A DNA stretch of 64,000 nt from a virus (taxonomy: Duplodnaviria > Caudoviricetes). The notes below the pieces were generated by a model, which worked only from the letters and a program-made list of their open reading frames with translations, was not told where the DNA came from and made no database searches. The translations under genes were made by a program, and so were the position numbers. Location: the IMG/VR virus record IMGVR_UViG_3300025936_000020, positions 10,142 to 74,141 of that record; one strand, given 5' to 3'. Shown here one piece after another: positions 17,749 through 27,323 of this stretch (position 1 is the first letter of the stretch; every line of letters begins with the position of its first letter).

Positions 17749-17834
17749 CTGAGAACTCAGTGCGATTTCGCTTGCGATGGGCTTCGGCCTGGCTCGTGCG
17801 TTCCCCAATGCACCGGTTCTCAGTCGCAAGCGAA
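17749..17834 (+). ncRNA. Candidate pseudoknot leader of the HNH gene
   Basis: CTGAGAAC 17749-17756/GTTCTCAG 17816-17823 crosses TTCGCTTGCGA 17767-17777/TCGCAAGCGAA 17824-17834; inner UUCG hairpin; ATG at 17837. Confidence 0.5.
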
Positions 17835-17836
17835 CT

Positions 17837-18433
17837 ATGACTTGGTCATTCTATCTCGAAGGAGTGGAGTTCAAACCGATACCGCAGGCACCGGGGTATC
17901 TTGCATCGCAGGACGGAAGGATTCTGTCAGTCCGCAGCCGCAACTATCAAAACGAGCCGCCGCACTTGCTGGCGCTGATGCCCAATCTCGGATACAGGCT
18001 CGTTACCCCAATGGTAAACGGTGTTGTCACGCGGCTACACGTCCACGTAGCGGTGCTCTCAGCCTGGCGCAGATTGCCAAGGCCCGGCGAACAAGGGCGG
18101 CATTTGAATGGAGTCAGGCACGATAACCGGCTTATCAACTTGGCTTGGGGGACTCCGTTGGACAACGGGAGCGACACACGCAGGCACGGATCATTAAAAG
18201 GCAGGAGGAATCCAGCAGTTAAGCTGACTGAGGATGATGTCATTCGTTTGCGGACTGAGCGCCGATACAAGAGCCTCAAGCAACTCAGGATGGAGAATCC
18301 ACAATGGAGCAAGGCCACAATCTGGGCGGCTGTCACTGGTTTTACATGGCCCCACTTGCCCGGCGCAGTGCCAGGTGGACGGCGCTGCGTGAAGGAGTGG
18401 TACAAACAACCGAAGACACAACTCACGATATGA
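17837..18433 (+). CDS. NUMOD4-HNH homing endonuclease
   Basis: KPIP..PGY.AS.DGRI; HVAVL..W...RHLNGVRHDNRLINLAWGT..DN; C-terminal HTH. Confidence 0.85.
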   Translation: MTWSFYLEGVEFKPIPQAPGYLASQDGRILSVRSRNYQNEPPHLLALMPNLGYRLVTPMVNGVVTRLHVHVAVLSAWRRLPRPGEQGRHLNGVRHDNRLINLAWGTPLDNGSDTRRHGSLKGRRNPAVKLTEDDVIRLRTERRYKSLKQLRMENPQWSKATIWAAVTGFTWPHLPGAVPGGRRCVKEWYKQPKTQLTI

Positions 18434-18669
18434 GCACCAAAAACGGCAGTAAAGAATTCCTCTTTGTCGTACGCCACATGCGCTGGATGCGAGTCGGCGA
18501 TCCGCTCACCCGCCGGATCAAAGGGGAATACATCGTCCGCTCGGATCACGAGCCTACTCCAAGTGAACTGGCCGATCTTCTCGGGTTGAACTACGACCCG
18601 AACAAGGACGACCTGGACATGCAGCGGTATGATCCGGACGCGCTGCCGGTTTTGCCGAAGAAAAAGTAA
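18430..18669 (+). CDS. Small hypothetical protein
   Basis: ATGA-coupled to HNH. Confidence 0.55.
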   Translation: MSTKNGSKEFLFVVRHMRWMRVGDPLTRRIKGEYIVRSDHEPTPSELADLLGLNYDPNKDDLDMQRYDPDALPVLPKKK

Positions 18670-18695
18670 ACCAACAAAAACAGAAAGGAATAGCA

Positions 18696-19103
18696 ATGTC
18701 CCACTTATTAACCGCACCGCTCCGGATCAAGAGCATCCCCGATCTCAGGCGCGCCGCTCAAGCACTGGGCGGAGAGCTGGAGGAGTCGGCGGTGTTCACG
18801 TCTTACGAAGGGGAATACAACAAGTGCAACTATAGGATTAAGCTGCCGGGCGTCCGATACCAAATCGGAATCCAGTTGCAGAAGCATGGCACGTATGCGA
18901 TGGCGCATGACCCGTTCGGTTATCAGAATTCCATTCACGACGGGCATAAACTCGTCGAGAAATTCGGAGAGGGACTGCGCAAACTCTCCGAGGAATACAC
19001 CGCCCAGGTCGTGACCACGCAGGCCAGAAAGAAGATCGGGTGGACCGTGGTTCGGAAGCGGTTGAAGAACGGCCGGCTGCAGCTTCGCATGGTCCACGCT
19101 TAG
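18696..19103 (+). CDS. DUF1257 (Ycf35)-like protein
   Basis: MSH...I.....L..A...LG, Y.IG, D, L...Y...V, W.V...G.L.L pattern; SD AGAAAGGA. Confidence 0.7.
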   Translation: MSHLLTAPLRIKSIPDLRRAAQALGGELEESAVFTSYEGEYNKCNYRIKLPGVRYQIGIQLQKHGTYAMAHDPFGYQNSIHDGHKLVEKFGEGLRKLSEEYTAQVVTTQARKKIGWTVVRKRLKNGRLQLRMVHA

Positions 19104-19134
19104 GGAAAAACAAAGGCAAAAGAAAGGCATAGTT

Positions 19135-19326
19135 ATGGCAAAAGAAATCATCATCGAGATCGGGGAGAACGGTGAGATCGAGCTGCGCGCCGAGGGTTAC
19201 AAGGGGAAACAGTGCAAGGCGGATAGCAAGGATATCGAAGAAGCGCTCGGGATCAGCGACGGCAAGCGGAAGACATTACCCGAGTACCACCTGACCGAGG
19301 TCGTCAAACAGAAACAGAAAGCCTAG
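19135..19326 (+). CDS. DUF2997-like protein
   Basis: EIIIEIGENGEIELRAEGYKGKQC...IEEALG. Confidence 0.8.
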   Translation: MAKEIIIEIGENGEIELRAEGYKGKQCKADSKDIEEALGISDGKRKTLPEYHLTEVVKQKQKA

Positions 19327-19328
19327 CC

Positions 19329-19658
19329 GTGAAACCCAAAACCGAAGTCATCACCATCAGCGAGGATGGAAAGTCCGTCGAGTTCATCGAGGGGTCCTCC
19401 CTTGATCTTCCGCTCGGCAACGGTAAGCGGATCAGGCTCTCGCACATCAGGCCGGATAAGTTCTGGAAGAAGGCGGCGTTCATCATTCTCCGGAAAATGT
19501 TCGGGGACACGGGCAATATCGCCTTCTGGACTCGGAAGTGGCGTGGGCCTTGGAGGGCAACCATCATCTCCACCGGACAGACCGCAGTGTTCGAGACCAG
19601 GGAAGAAGCCATCCAATTTGAGTTGGAGATTCTTAACGGAGCGTTGTTCGATCTATGA
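19329..19658 (+). CDS. Hypothetical protein
   Basis: Follows DUF2997; F.TREEAI..E motif. Confidence 0.65.
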   Translation: MKPKTEVITISEDGKSVEFIEGSSLDLPLGNGKRIRLSHIRPDKFWKKAAFIILRKMFGDTGNIAFWTRKWRGPWRATIISTGQTAVFETREEAIQFELEILNGALFDL

Positions 19659-19900
19659 ACGTCATCACTCCAACCCCGACCGGGATCACGGTGGCGAACC
19701 TCAAGCAGTGGCTTGAGAGATTGCCTCCTGAATTCCAGAACGCGCCGGTCGAGGCTTTGGTTCACGGCTGTCCGTGCAACCTTAAGCGGATCGTGGCCTA
19801 CAGCACCGAGGACGGTAGACGTGCGGTCGTTGCAAATCCGATGGGCACGCATCTGCCGTTCGATGATTCCTTGAAGTGGTACTTCTCACTGCAAGGATAG
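19655..19900 (+). CDS. Small hypothetical protein
   Basis: ATGA-coupled; ITVANLKQWLERLP. Confidence 0.6.
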   Translation: MNVITPTPTGITVANLKQWLERLPPEFQNAPVEALVHGCPCNLKRIVAYSTEDGRRAVVANPMGTHLPFDDSLKWYFSLQG

Positions 19901-19913
19901 AAAGGATTTTGCA

Positions 19914-20237
19914 ATGCCAAGATCACTAACCAAAGTTTGGGTGTTCGCTTCGAACAGTGATCCAAACCGGCGCTATCAGACGCTGCAATTCTCTGACGGA
20001 GCAATTTCTTGTGAGTGCCCGGGGTGGACGAGACGGGCAGTACGCTCCTGCCGCCACACTCGCTCCGTTGAATTGGGCACGGCGGATTCCGAGTGCGTCA
20101 CGTTCAGGGAATATCCTGAAGCAAAAGCTTTCCCAGCAGTACCGCAACACCAACCAAGAAAGGACGACAGCAATGCCAAAACAAAAGACGGAACGACCGA
20201 CACCAACGTCGGAAAGTTCAAACGGCGAATCGTGTAA
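19914..20237 (+). CDS. SWIM-type Zn-finger protein
   Basis: CECPGW...SCRH; SD AGAAAGGA. Confidence 0.75.
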   Translation: MPRSLTKVWVFASNSDPNRRYQTLQFSDGAISCECPGWTRRAVRSCRHTRSVELGTADSECVTFREYPEAKAFPAVPQHQPRKDDSNAKTKDGTTDTNVGKFKRRIV

Positions 20238-21783
20238 CGAGCAGCTCACCGCCTACATCCGGAGCGGGAAATCGGGCATATATCTCACCACGTTCGAGGA
20301 GGTCCGGGCCGAAGCGGAGATGCTCAAGATCATCCCGTTCCTCAACTCGGTGAAGAAGAATCCCAAGGACAAGGACTGGGATTTCTATATCTGGTCGGCG
20401 TGCAAAGGGATAACCAAGCTGACCATGCCCGGAGGCGGCAAGCCCGGCAAGATCGAGGAGACGGAGAACCCGATGGAGATGCTGGAGAACTGGATGACCA
20501 AGTGCCCGGAGAGATCGCTGATGTTGGCTCAGGACTTCCACGGATTCCTGGCCGGCGATCCTGATCCAATCCTCGTGCGAAATCTCAAGGAAGCGCTGAT
20601 GGCTGGCAAGCAGCTCAACAAGGTGTTCATCATCTGCGGTGCCAAGTTCAATCTGCCGATCGAGCTGCACAAGGAGATGGCCCAGGTGGACTTCAAGTTG
20701 CCAGGCAAGGAGCAGCTCGGAGTTGTGCTGGATGCAATCGCCAGCGGATCGGGCATTCACCTGGACGAAGAGGAAAGAGACGCGGTGTTGGATGCAGCTT
20801 CCGGACTGACAACATCGGAAGCCGAGGACGCATTCGCCATGAGCATCGTGAAGCGGGAGAACATCCTGCCTGCGATCATCGCCAAGGAGAAGGCGAACAC
20901 GGTGAAGAAGAACGGGATCTTGGAGATCGTCGAGAGTCCTCTGAAACGGGACGACATCGCAGGTTCGGAGAACTTCATCGAATGGCTGGGCAAGAGGGCC
21001 AGCGCATTCACCAGGGAAGCGAAGGAATACGGACTGCCGACGCCGAAGGGAGTCTTGGTTTGCGGGGTTCCAGGGACCGGCAAAACTTTAGCCGGGTTCA
21101 TCGCGGCCAACATCCTTGGCGTCCCGATGCTAAAGCTGGATGTCGGCAGGGTGTTCGCCGGTCACGTCGGCGAGTCGGAAGCCAACATGCGGATCGTCAT
21201 TGACACGGCTGAAGCGGTTGCGCCCTGCGTCCTCTTCCTTGACGAAATTGAGAAAGCGTTCTCCGGCACAAAGTCCAGCGGACAGACGGACGGCGGAACA
21301 ACGAGCAGGGTGTTCGGCACGTTCCTGTCGTGGTTGCAGGACAAGACGGCCCCGGTCTTCGTCTTCGCCACAGCGAACAGTATCACATCGCTGCCGCCTG
21401 AGTTCCTGAGGAAGGGAAGGTTTGATGATTTGTGGTACGTCGACTTGCCCAATGCGGAGGAGAGGGAAGCGATCTGGCGGTTGCACATAGCCAAGCGAGG
21501 ACGCAAGCCCGACAAGTTCGACCTGGCAGCGCTGGCCGCGCAGACCGAGGGTTACACTGGTGCCGAGATCGAGGCGATGGTGGCCGAGTCGTTGTATGCC
21601 AGCTTCGATGACGGCAAGAGGGAGTTGAAGGAGAGCGACCTGATCGCTTCGATCCACAACACCGTTCCGCTATCCCGGACGATGGCGGGTGAGATCGATG
21701 CGCTGCGGGCATGGGCGAACGGAAGGGCGCGGCGTGCGTCGGCAGTCAAGGAAACCACGGCAAGAGGGAGGAAGTTAGCATGA
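20173..21783 (+). CDS. Ycf46-like AAA+ ATPase
   Basis: Degenerate N-terminal AAA domain, then Walker A GVPGTGKT, Walker B VLFLDEIEK, TAN, LPPEFLRKGRFD; ends PLSRTM..EI..LR.WA..RAR.AS. Confidence 0.9.
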   Translation: MPKQKTERPTPTSESSNGESCNEQLTAYIRSGKSGIYLTTFEEVRAEAEMLKIIPFLNSVKKNPKDKDWDFYIWSACKGITKLTMPGGGKPGKIEETENPMEMLENWMTKCPERSLMLAQDFHGFLAGDPDPILVRNLKEALMAGKQLNKVFIICGAKFNLPIELHKEMAQVDFKLPGKEQLGVVLDAIASGSGIHLDEEERDAVLDAASGLTTSEAEDAFAMSIVKRENILPAIIAKEKANTVKKNGILEIVESPLKRDDIAGSENFIEWLGKRASAFTREAKEYGLPTPKGVLVCGVPGTGKTLAGFIAANILGVPMLKLDVGRVFAGHVGESEANMRIVIDTAEAVAPCVLFLDEIEKAFSGTKSSGQTDGGTTSRVFGTFLSWLQDKTAPVFVFATANSITSLPPEFLRKGRFDDLWYVDLPNAEEREAIWRLHIAKRGRKPDKFDLAALAAQTEGYTGAEIEAMVAESLYASFDDGKRELKESDLIASIHNTVPLSRTMAGEIDALRAWANGRARRASAVKETTARGRKLA

Positions 21784-21965
21784 AGAAGGTGAAGCGTTCC
21801 GAGCTGGCAACGATAAGGATGGTCGGCCACAACGAGAAGAAGTTCAGCGTCGTGCTCATGCCTGAAACCAAACTCTACCGGAAACGATGGGTCGGTTTCG
21901 GCTGGGTGGATGAGGGTGAAGCCTCTGCCGATGACATCAAGAAGTATCCAGTCGTCGTCGATTAA
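21780..21965 (+). CDS. Small hypothetical protein
   Basis: ATGA-coupled to the ATPase. Confidence 0.6.
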   Translation: MKKVKRSELATIRMVGHNEKKFSVVLMPETKLYRKRWVGFGWVDEGEASADDIKKYPVVVD

Positions 21966-22041
21966 ACAATTTCGGCAGTGCGGAATAGCGAAAGAGGATG
22001 CGCGTCGGGCTCGGTTGATTCGACTGGAGGAAGGAGATTTC

Positions 22042-22299
22042 ATGAGTGATTCCCGCGAATTGGTATTTCAATACGTTGGACGCTGTCCACAGTGCAATGC
22101 CAGGCATGTCGCATTATTAGTCAACCGCAGCAGTTTCATCCCCTATCCTTCTTTAGAGGCTGCATGCCAGTGCCAGCTTCCAGCCATTGCGCTAAAAATG
22201 GTTTTTGATGGGCCGGCAGAGGAGAAGGTTTTGCAGTCCATCACCTACGTCGCCGCCGACACCTACGTCCACGCGACGTTCATCAGGAGGATAGTATGA
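22042..22299 (+). CDS. Zn-ribbon-like hypothetical protein
   Basis: SD AAGGAG; CPQC...CQC. Confidence 0.5.
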   Translation: MSDSRELVFQYVGRCPQCNARHVALLVNRSSFIPYPSLEAACQCQLPAIALKMVFDGPAEEKVLQSITYVAADTYVHATFIRRIV

Positions 22300-22694
22300 A
22301 GAGAGAGATCATTGAAGACGACGAGCGTGCCAAGGCCATCGCGGATAGTCACGGAGCGAGCGAAGGGATGATTGCTGCGGCAGAGAAGCAACTACCAGAA
22401 TCAACGGCCGCCGGTATTGGCATCGTGATCGTAGCCAAGCGAGCCATGCCCATCGAAGCGACAGGCCTGGGCGGTCCATTCGAGTTCGTGTCCATCTTCT
22501 ACTTCGCCGGGTTCATCGAAGGCGAGAACGGGTGGTCGGTGATCCGCTGGTACGACGTGGGCTGGGAGGACATGCCGCAGCTCGTCGAAGAGATGACCCG
22601 CGCCGAGAAAGAGCTGTTGCCGCAGGCCGTTGGAACGGAGTCGGCAACGAAGAAGATCGAGGAATACAGGAAGTTTGGAGGGAACCCATCATGA
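22296..22694 (+). CDS. Hypothetical protein
   Basis: 132-aa ORF in the coupled chain. Confidence 0.6.
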   Translation: MKREIIEDDERAKAIADSHGASEGMIAAAEKQLPESTAAGIGIVIVAKRAMPIEATGLGGPFEFVSIFYFAGFIEGENGWSVIRWYDVGWEDMPQLVEEMTRAEKELLPQAVGTESATKKIEEYRKFGGNPS

Positions 22695-23122
22695 AATTCG
22701 AGAGAACAACCTGCGCCTGCGCCGAGTGCGTGGCTTGTTGCAAGAGACAGGCCGGGCCGCTGGTCCCAGGCGACTTCGAAAGGATCTCCGCGTTCCTTGG
22801 CGAACCAGTGGAGCCTTACCTGGTGGCTTCACGCGGATCATTAACCCTGGACACGCGGACCGGTGAGCTGCGATGGATCGGATCGATCACGCCGAAGATG
22901 GAGCATGGGCGCTGTGTATTCCTCGATGAGAACGACCGGTGCAAAATCCATCCTGTGTCTCCTGCCGGCTGCGCTTTGCTCGACACTCACATGGGCATGG
23001 TGGACGGTCAGAAGCGCGCCGTGTGGGTGACGATGCAGATGGAGAGCGAGGACTACCAGAGGCTCAGGTCAACCCTTCCGTCCAACCAAAACCCAGGATA
23101 CCACCCAAAGGACCGCGCATGA
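22691..23122 (+). CDS. YkgJ-like cysteine-cluster (Zn/Fe-chelating) protein
   Basis: CACAECVACC...CVFLD...CKIH...P.GC. Confidence 0.75.
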   Translation: MKFERTTCACAECVACCKRQAGPLVPGDFERISAFLGEPVEPYLVASRGSLTLDTRTGELRWIGSITPKMEHGRCVFLDENDRCKIHPVSPAGCALLDTHMGMVDGQKRAVWVTMQMESEDYQRLRSTLPSNQNPGYHPKDRA

Positions 23123-23586
23123 GCGAGATCGCCACCATAAAGCAGTTCCTCGAAACCCACATCGAACGCCTGAGATCCCACGGGGTCAACCATTGCGGGA
23201 TCAACGGCTACTTCTGCATCATGGATTTCATCCTGCAGCACGGACGGGTATGGAATCCGGGCACCATTTGCTGGGGCAAAGGCAAGATGAACTGCTTCCG
23301 GCATGCGAGCAAGGCAGCGCTCAGGAACCGCGATTACACATACGTGGAAGGCTATGCCTCCCTGCTTATCCCGGTGCACCACGCCTGGCTCCTGGACAGG
23401 AACGGTGCCGTTATCGAAACGACTTGGCCGCACATGGGCAGCGCGTATTACGGGATACCGTTCCGGGCAGATTGGGTCAGGATGCAGCAGCGCGAGTCCG
23501 ATCATCTCTCCATCATCGACCAGTGGACCACTGACTGGAAGACGATGCGAACACCGAAAGAACAGTGGCTGCGGTCCAAGTTATGA
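23119..23586 (+). CDS. Conserved phage protein (possible transglutaminase/papain-like Cys-His)
   Basis: CFRHA...YVEGYA...HHAWLLD...IETTW...YYGIPF. Confidence 0.65.
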   Translation: MSEIATIKQFLETHIERLRSHGVNHCGINGYFCIMDFILQHGRVWNPGTICWGKGKMNCFRHASKAALRNRDYTYVEGYASLLIPVHHAWLLDRNGAVIETTWPHMGSAYYGIPFRADWVRMQQRESDHLSIIDQWTTDWKTMRTPKEQWLRSKL

Positions 23587-23876
23587 AAAACAAAAAAGAA
23601 CCACAACAACCCACGCGCTTCACCAAGGCGCTCAACCAGATCTTCTATGATCGCGGCTGGAATTTGCCCGCGCCTTACGTTATCGAAGTGTATGAATCCC
23701 ACATCCGACGGCTCGAGGCCAGGATCGACGAGTTGAACGGATCAACCGCAACGCGCCGCATCGATCCGATAAAACAGGAAGGGAAATCAAATGCCAGATC
23801 AACCAAACTTCGAAGCAATGGAAAAACAACTCCTGCTCGAAGACGAGAAGTTCAAGGAGTTCGTCCGGGGCCATAA
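23583..23876 (+). CDS. Hypothetical protein
   Basis: ATGA-coupled; 3' end overlaps the next gene. Confidence 0.45.
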   Translation: MKNKKEPQQPTRFTKALNQIFYDRGWNLPAPYVIEVYESHIRRLEARIDELNGSTATRRIDPIKQEGKSNARSTKLRSNGKTTPARRREVQGVRPGP

Positions 23877-24372
23877 CAAGTTCACGATCGACCGGCTGAA
23901 GGAAGAATCCACTGAAGGACTGCACCCAGAGCTGGTCGTAATGACCAAGGACATGGATCTCAAGGAGGAGATCACCCTGCTGCTCATCGCCAGCGGCTTC
24001 AACGAGTCCGAAGAGAAGCACAAGATCCTGTTCGGCGTCGGCCGTAAGTTCTATGAAGATCAGAAGATTCCGGTGGCCATCATCTTGGCGTCTGAAGCGT
24101 GGTGCTCGAAGCGCGCGGAGAACGAGGACTGGAAGGACTGCCAACCGCGGCACGACCCGATGAGGACTGAGGGGATCATCGTTGCCGGGCAAAGCATGGA
24201 CCAGAAGCAGTGCATGACGATCATGACTCCTGTAAAGCGGGATGAGAAGAACCGCATCGTCATCGACGGGGACTCAGATGAATCCGACGGGGCGGCGTTC
24301 TTTCTGATCTCGCACTTCTGGAGGGGCTACTTCTCGGTGGTGGCGGAAAAGGAGGCGAAGAAAAAGAAATGA
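23791..24372 (+). CDS. Hypothetical protein
   Basis: 193 aa; SEAW...RTEGIIV motif. Confidence 0.7.
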   Translation: MPDQPNFEAMEKQLLLEDEKFKEFVRGHNKFTIDRLKEESTEGLHPELVVMTKDMDLKEEITLLLIASGFNESEEKHKILFGVGRKFYEDQKIPVAIILASEAWCSKRAENEDWKDCQPRHDPMRTEGIIVAGQSMDQKQCMTIMTPVKRDEKNRIVIDGDSDESDGAAFFLISHFWRGYFSVVAEKEAKKKK

Positions 24373-24995
24373 ACATCGGACCTGCCGACTACCGGCCGCG
24401 CTCGTTCAAGGATCTCATCGGCGTCTCGCGGAGAATCGGGGAGATGCTTCACAAGAAATGCGAGAGGGCATCGGGCCCGTTAAAGATCCTGCTATACGGC
24501 TGTCCCGGCACCGGCAAGACGGAGTTGATCAAGATGTCGGCGGTCCAGCTCACCGGCCTGCCGCTGGATAAGTCTGGCAATTCCTTTGCCACCGAGAGCG
24601 TCAATGGCAAGAACGTCAACTCGGAGATGATCCGCCGGTGGATGGAAGGGCTGAGCTACCGGCCGATGCACAGGTTCGAAGTAAAGTGCGTCAATGAAAT
24701 TGACCGGATGCATCCCGATTCGCAGGTGCTCATCCTGGATTATCTCGACGCGATGGGCGAAGGCAGGGCGTTCTTCGCCACGTCAAACCTGGAACTCAAC
24801 CAGCTCACCGAACGGTTCGAGACGCGGCTCCAGCAATTCAAGGTAGCCTCGCCAACCACGGCGGAGATCGCCGCGTTCCTCGTCAGCCATTGGCGGATCA
24901 GAAAGGCGCGCGCGATGGAGATTGCGGTTGGTGCTCGCGGGAACGTGAGGTGTGCATTGATGGATCTTCAGTCGGTGCTCGATGCGGAGAGATAA
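24369..24995 (+). CDS. Clamp-loader-clade AAA+ ATPase (small)
   Basis: YRPRSFKDLIG, GCPGTGKT, NEIDRM, TSN, GNVRCAL. Confidence 0.8.
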   Translation: MNIGPADYRPRSFKDLIGVSRRIGEMLHKKCERASGPLKILLYGCPGTGKTELIKMSAVQLTGLPLDKSGNSFATESVNGKNVNSEMIRRWMEGLSYRPMHRFEVKCVNEIDRMHPDSQVLILDYLDAMGEGRAFFATSNLELNQLTERFETRLQQFKVASPTTAEIAAFLVSHWRIRKARAMEIAVGARGNVRCALMDLQSVLDAER

Positions 24996-25022
24996 AAAAT
25001 CCCCCGGCAGCGGAGCCGGGGG
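24994..25022 (-). terminator. GC-rich hairpin; terminator-like on the minus strand, may act both ways
   Basis: A6 then CCCCCGGC-AGCGGA-GCCGGGGG. Confidence 0.6.
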
Positions 25023-25095
25023 AATCTGTCCAGTTATTAACCACTAACCAATACTCGTTGCCTTTCGGCGGCACCAAGATACCGTAAGCGGCATC

Positions 25096-26088
25096 TTGAG
25101 CAAGAGTATTCTCATTTCCGGCGGCTGCGGTTTCATCTCTTCCCACCTCGTTGACCATCTTCTTGAGAACACGGACTGGACGATCACCGTACTGGACGGG
25201 CTAACCTACGCGGGCGATCCAGCCAGGCTATACGAGTCGGCAAAGTTCGACCGGGCCAGGGTCCGCATCCTGTGGCACGACCTTAACGCGCCCATCATGG
25301 ACACGCTCATCCGGCGCATCGGTGGCGTGGATGCCGTGGTCAACATGGCCAGCAATTCACACATCGACAAGAGCATCGCCGACCCGGTGCCGTTCGTGAA
25401 AAACAATGTCAACATCGCGCTGCACATGCTCGAGTACGCTCGCGCCGTGAGCCCGGACGTCTTCGTTCAAGTGGGAACTGATGAGGAGTACGGATCCATC
25501 GAACCGGACGGCGTGCCATATAAGGAGTGGGCGCCGATCAATCCGAGCAATCCATACAGCGCGTCGAAAGCCGCGATGGTCGCCGTCGCCATCGCCTACT
25601 GGCGCACCTACGGCGTCCCCGCCATCATCGTCGAACCGATGAATAACTTCGGGGAAAGGCAGGACCGAGAAAAATTTATTCCCAAGTGCGTCCGCACAGT
25701 CTTGGCCGGTGAAGAAATGGTTCTGCACGGCACGCCTGATAACATCGGCAGCCGCTATTACCTGCACGCACGCAACACAGCCGACGCCATCCTGTTCCTG
25801 CTGCGCCGGCCTGTGTCGGCTTATCCGAAGACCGACCGCCCCGACCGCTACAACATCGTTGGCGACCGGCGCGTTGATAATCTTGAAATGGCGCAGCGCA
25901 TCGCCAAGATTCTGGATCGCCCGCTGCGCTACCGATTTGATCATAGCCCACGCAGCCGGCCGGGCCACGATCTGCATTACGGATTGGACGGCGCAAAGCT
26001 CGCCGCGCTCGGCTGGCAGCCGCCCGTGGACTTCGATACCAGCTTGGAAAGGACCGTGAAATGGATGCAAAGCAATCAACATTGGTGA
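25096..26088 (+). CDS. RmlB-like NDP-glucose 4,6-dehydratase
   Basis: GGCGFISS, DGLTYAG, TDEEYG, YSASKA, NNFGERQ, RPGHDLHY. Confidence 0.9.
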   Translation: MSKSILISGGCGFISSHLVDHLLENTDWTITVLDGLTYAGDPARLYESAKFDRARVRILWHDLNAPIMDTLIRRIGGVDAVVNMASNSHIDKSIADPVPFVKNNVNIALHMLEYARAVSPDVFVQVGTDEEYGSIEPDGVPYKEWAPINPSNPYSASKAAMVAVAIAYWRTYGVPAIIVEPMNNFGERQDREKFIPKCVRTVLAGEEMVLHGTPDNIGSRYYLHARNTADAILFLLRRPVSAYPKTDRPDRYNIVGDRRVDNLEMAQRIAKILDRPLRYRFDHSPRSRPGHDLHYGLDGAKLAALGWQPPVDFDTSLERTVKWMQSNQHW

Positions 26089-27323
26089 CCGCGATCACCG
26101 CCTGCCGCGCCTGCGGGGAGGAGAACCTTGAGTCCTTGATGAACTTCGGCCATCTGCCGCTGGCCAACCGGTATCTGGTCAGCCCGGATGAGAAGGATTT
26201 CTACGCCCCGCTTGAACTCGTTCTCTGCAAGAATTGCTGCTGCGTGCAGCTCCGGCACACCGTCGATCCAAAGATCTTATTTGGCGAATATCTCTACGCC
26301 TCATCCACGTCCGGATCGCTGGCTGAACACTTCAAGGATTACGCCCAGGAAACCACGGATAAGCTCGGGTTCAAGCCGGGCGATGAACCGTTCATTATCG
26401 GCATCGGTGGCAACGACGGCTGCCTGGAGCGGGAGTATCAGCGGCTCGGGTTCAAAGTTCTCGACGTTCTGAACGTGGAACCTGCCAGCAATCTAGCGGC
26501 GCTGGCGCGTGCTAACGGTGTGCCAACCCTCAACGAATGGTTCAACGAAAACACCGCTCAGCGCATCGTCGCGCAGCATGGCCGCCAAGCCGATCTCGTC
26601 ACCTGCAACCATTGCTTCGCCCACATGCCGGATGTCAACGGCGTGGTGCGCGGGGTAAAGGCTCTGCTCAAACCGGGCGGCACATTCATCTTCGAAGAGG
26701 CGTACTGGCCAGACACGGTGGCCGGTTCCCACTTCGACCAGATCTACCACGAGCACGTATTCTATTGGACGGTCGAAGCGCTGGATGAATTGTTCGCCAA
26801 GCATGACATGAAGATCGAGGACATGCAGTTCAGACCGGAGCAGGGAGGATCGATCAGGGTCTTTGTGCGGAATGAGTCGTACAAGCAGAAGCTGGAGCTG
26901 CGCAATGTCCTGATGAAGGAGTTCAGGAACGGGCTGTACGATCCCAGCACCTACATGAAATGGTGGGAGAAGATTATGGCATGGAGGACAAAGTGCCGTG
27001 ATTTCCTGCGGCCGCTGGACTCCATCTCCTGCTACGGTGCGCCGGCCAAGTTCACGATGATCTCCGAACAGCTTGGATTCTCGCACAGATGGATCGCCTA
27101 TGCCGTGGAAGACTCGCCGATCAAGGTGGGAAGGTTCACGCCAGGCTCGCACATCCAGATCGTTGCCAGGTCGCACTTCATCGATCATCCGACCGAGCAC
27201 TGTATCATCACCGCGGCGAACTACGCCGATCTCATCGCCAAGTCCAACCCGCAGTACAAGGGGAAGTGGATCATCCTGAATCCGGAACCGAAGTTTTATG
27301 AGCGGTCTTCAGAAACACACTGA
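26061..27323 (+). CDS. NDP-hexose C-methyltransferase-like (Zn-binding N-terminus + SAM domain)
   Basis: CRACG...PLANRYL...C..C.VQL, IGGNDG, NHCFAH, FDQIYHEH, YGAPAK. Confidence 0.88.
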   Translation: MDAKQSTLVTAITACRACGEENLESLMNFGHLPLANRYLVSPDEKDFYAPLELVLCKNCCCVQLRHTVDPKILFGEYLYASSTSGSLAEHFKDYAQETTDKLGFKPGDEPFIIGIGGNDGCLEREYQRLGFKVLDVLNVEPASNLAALARANGVPTLNEWFNENTAQRIVAQHGRQADLVTCNHCFAHMPDVNGVVRGVKALLKPGGTFIFEEAYWPDTVAGSHFDQIYHEHVFYWTVEALDELFAKHDMKIEDMQFRPEQGGSIRVFVRNESYKQKLELRNVLMKEFRNGLYDPSTYMKWWEKIMAWRTKCRDFLRPLDSISCYGAPAKFTMISEQLGFSHRWIAYAVEDSPIKVGRFTPGSHIQIVARSHFIDHPTEHCIITAANYADLIAKSNPQYKGKWIILNPEPKFYERSSETH

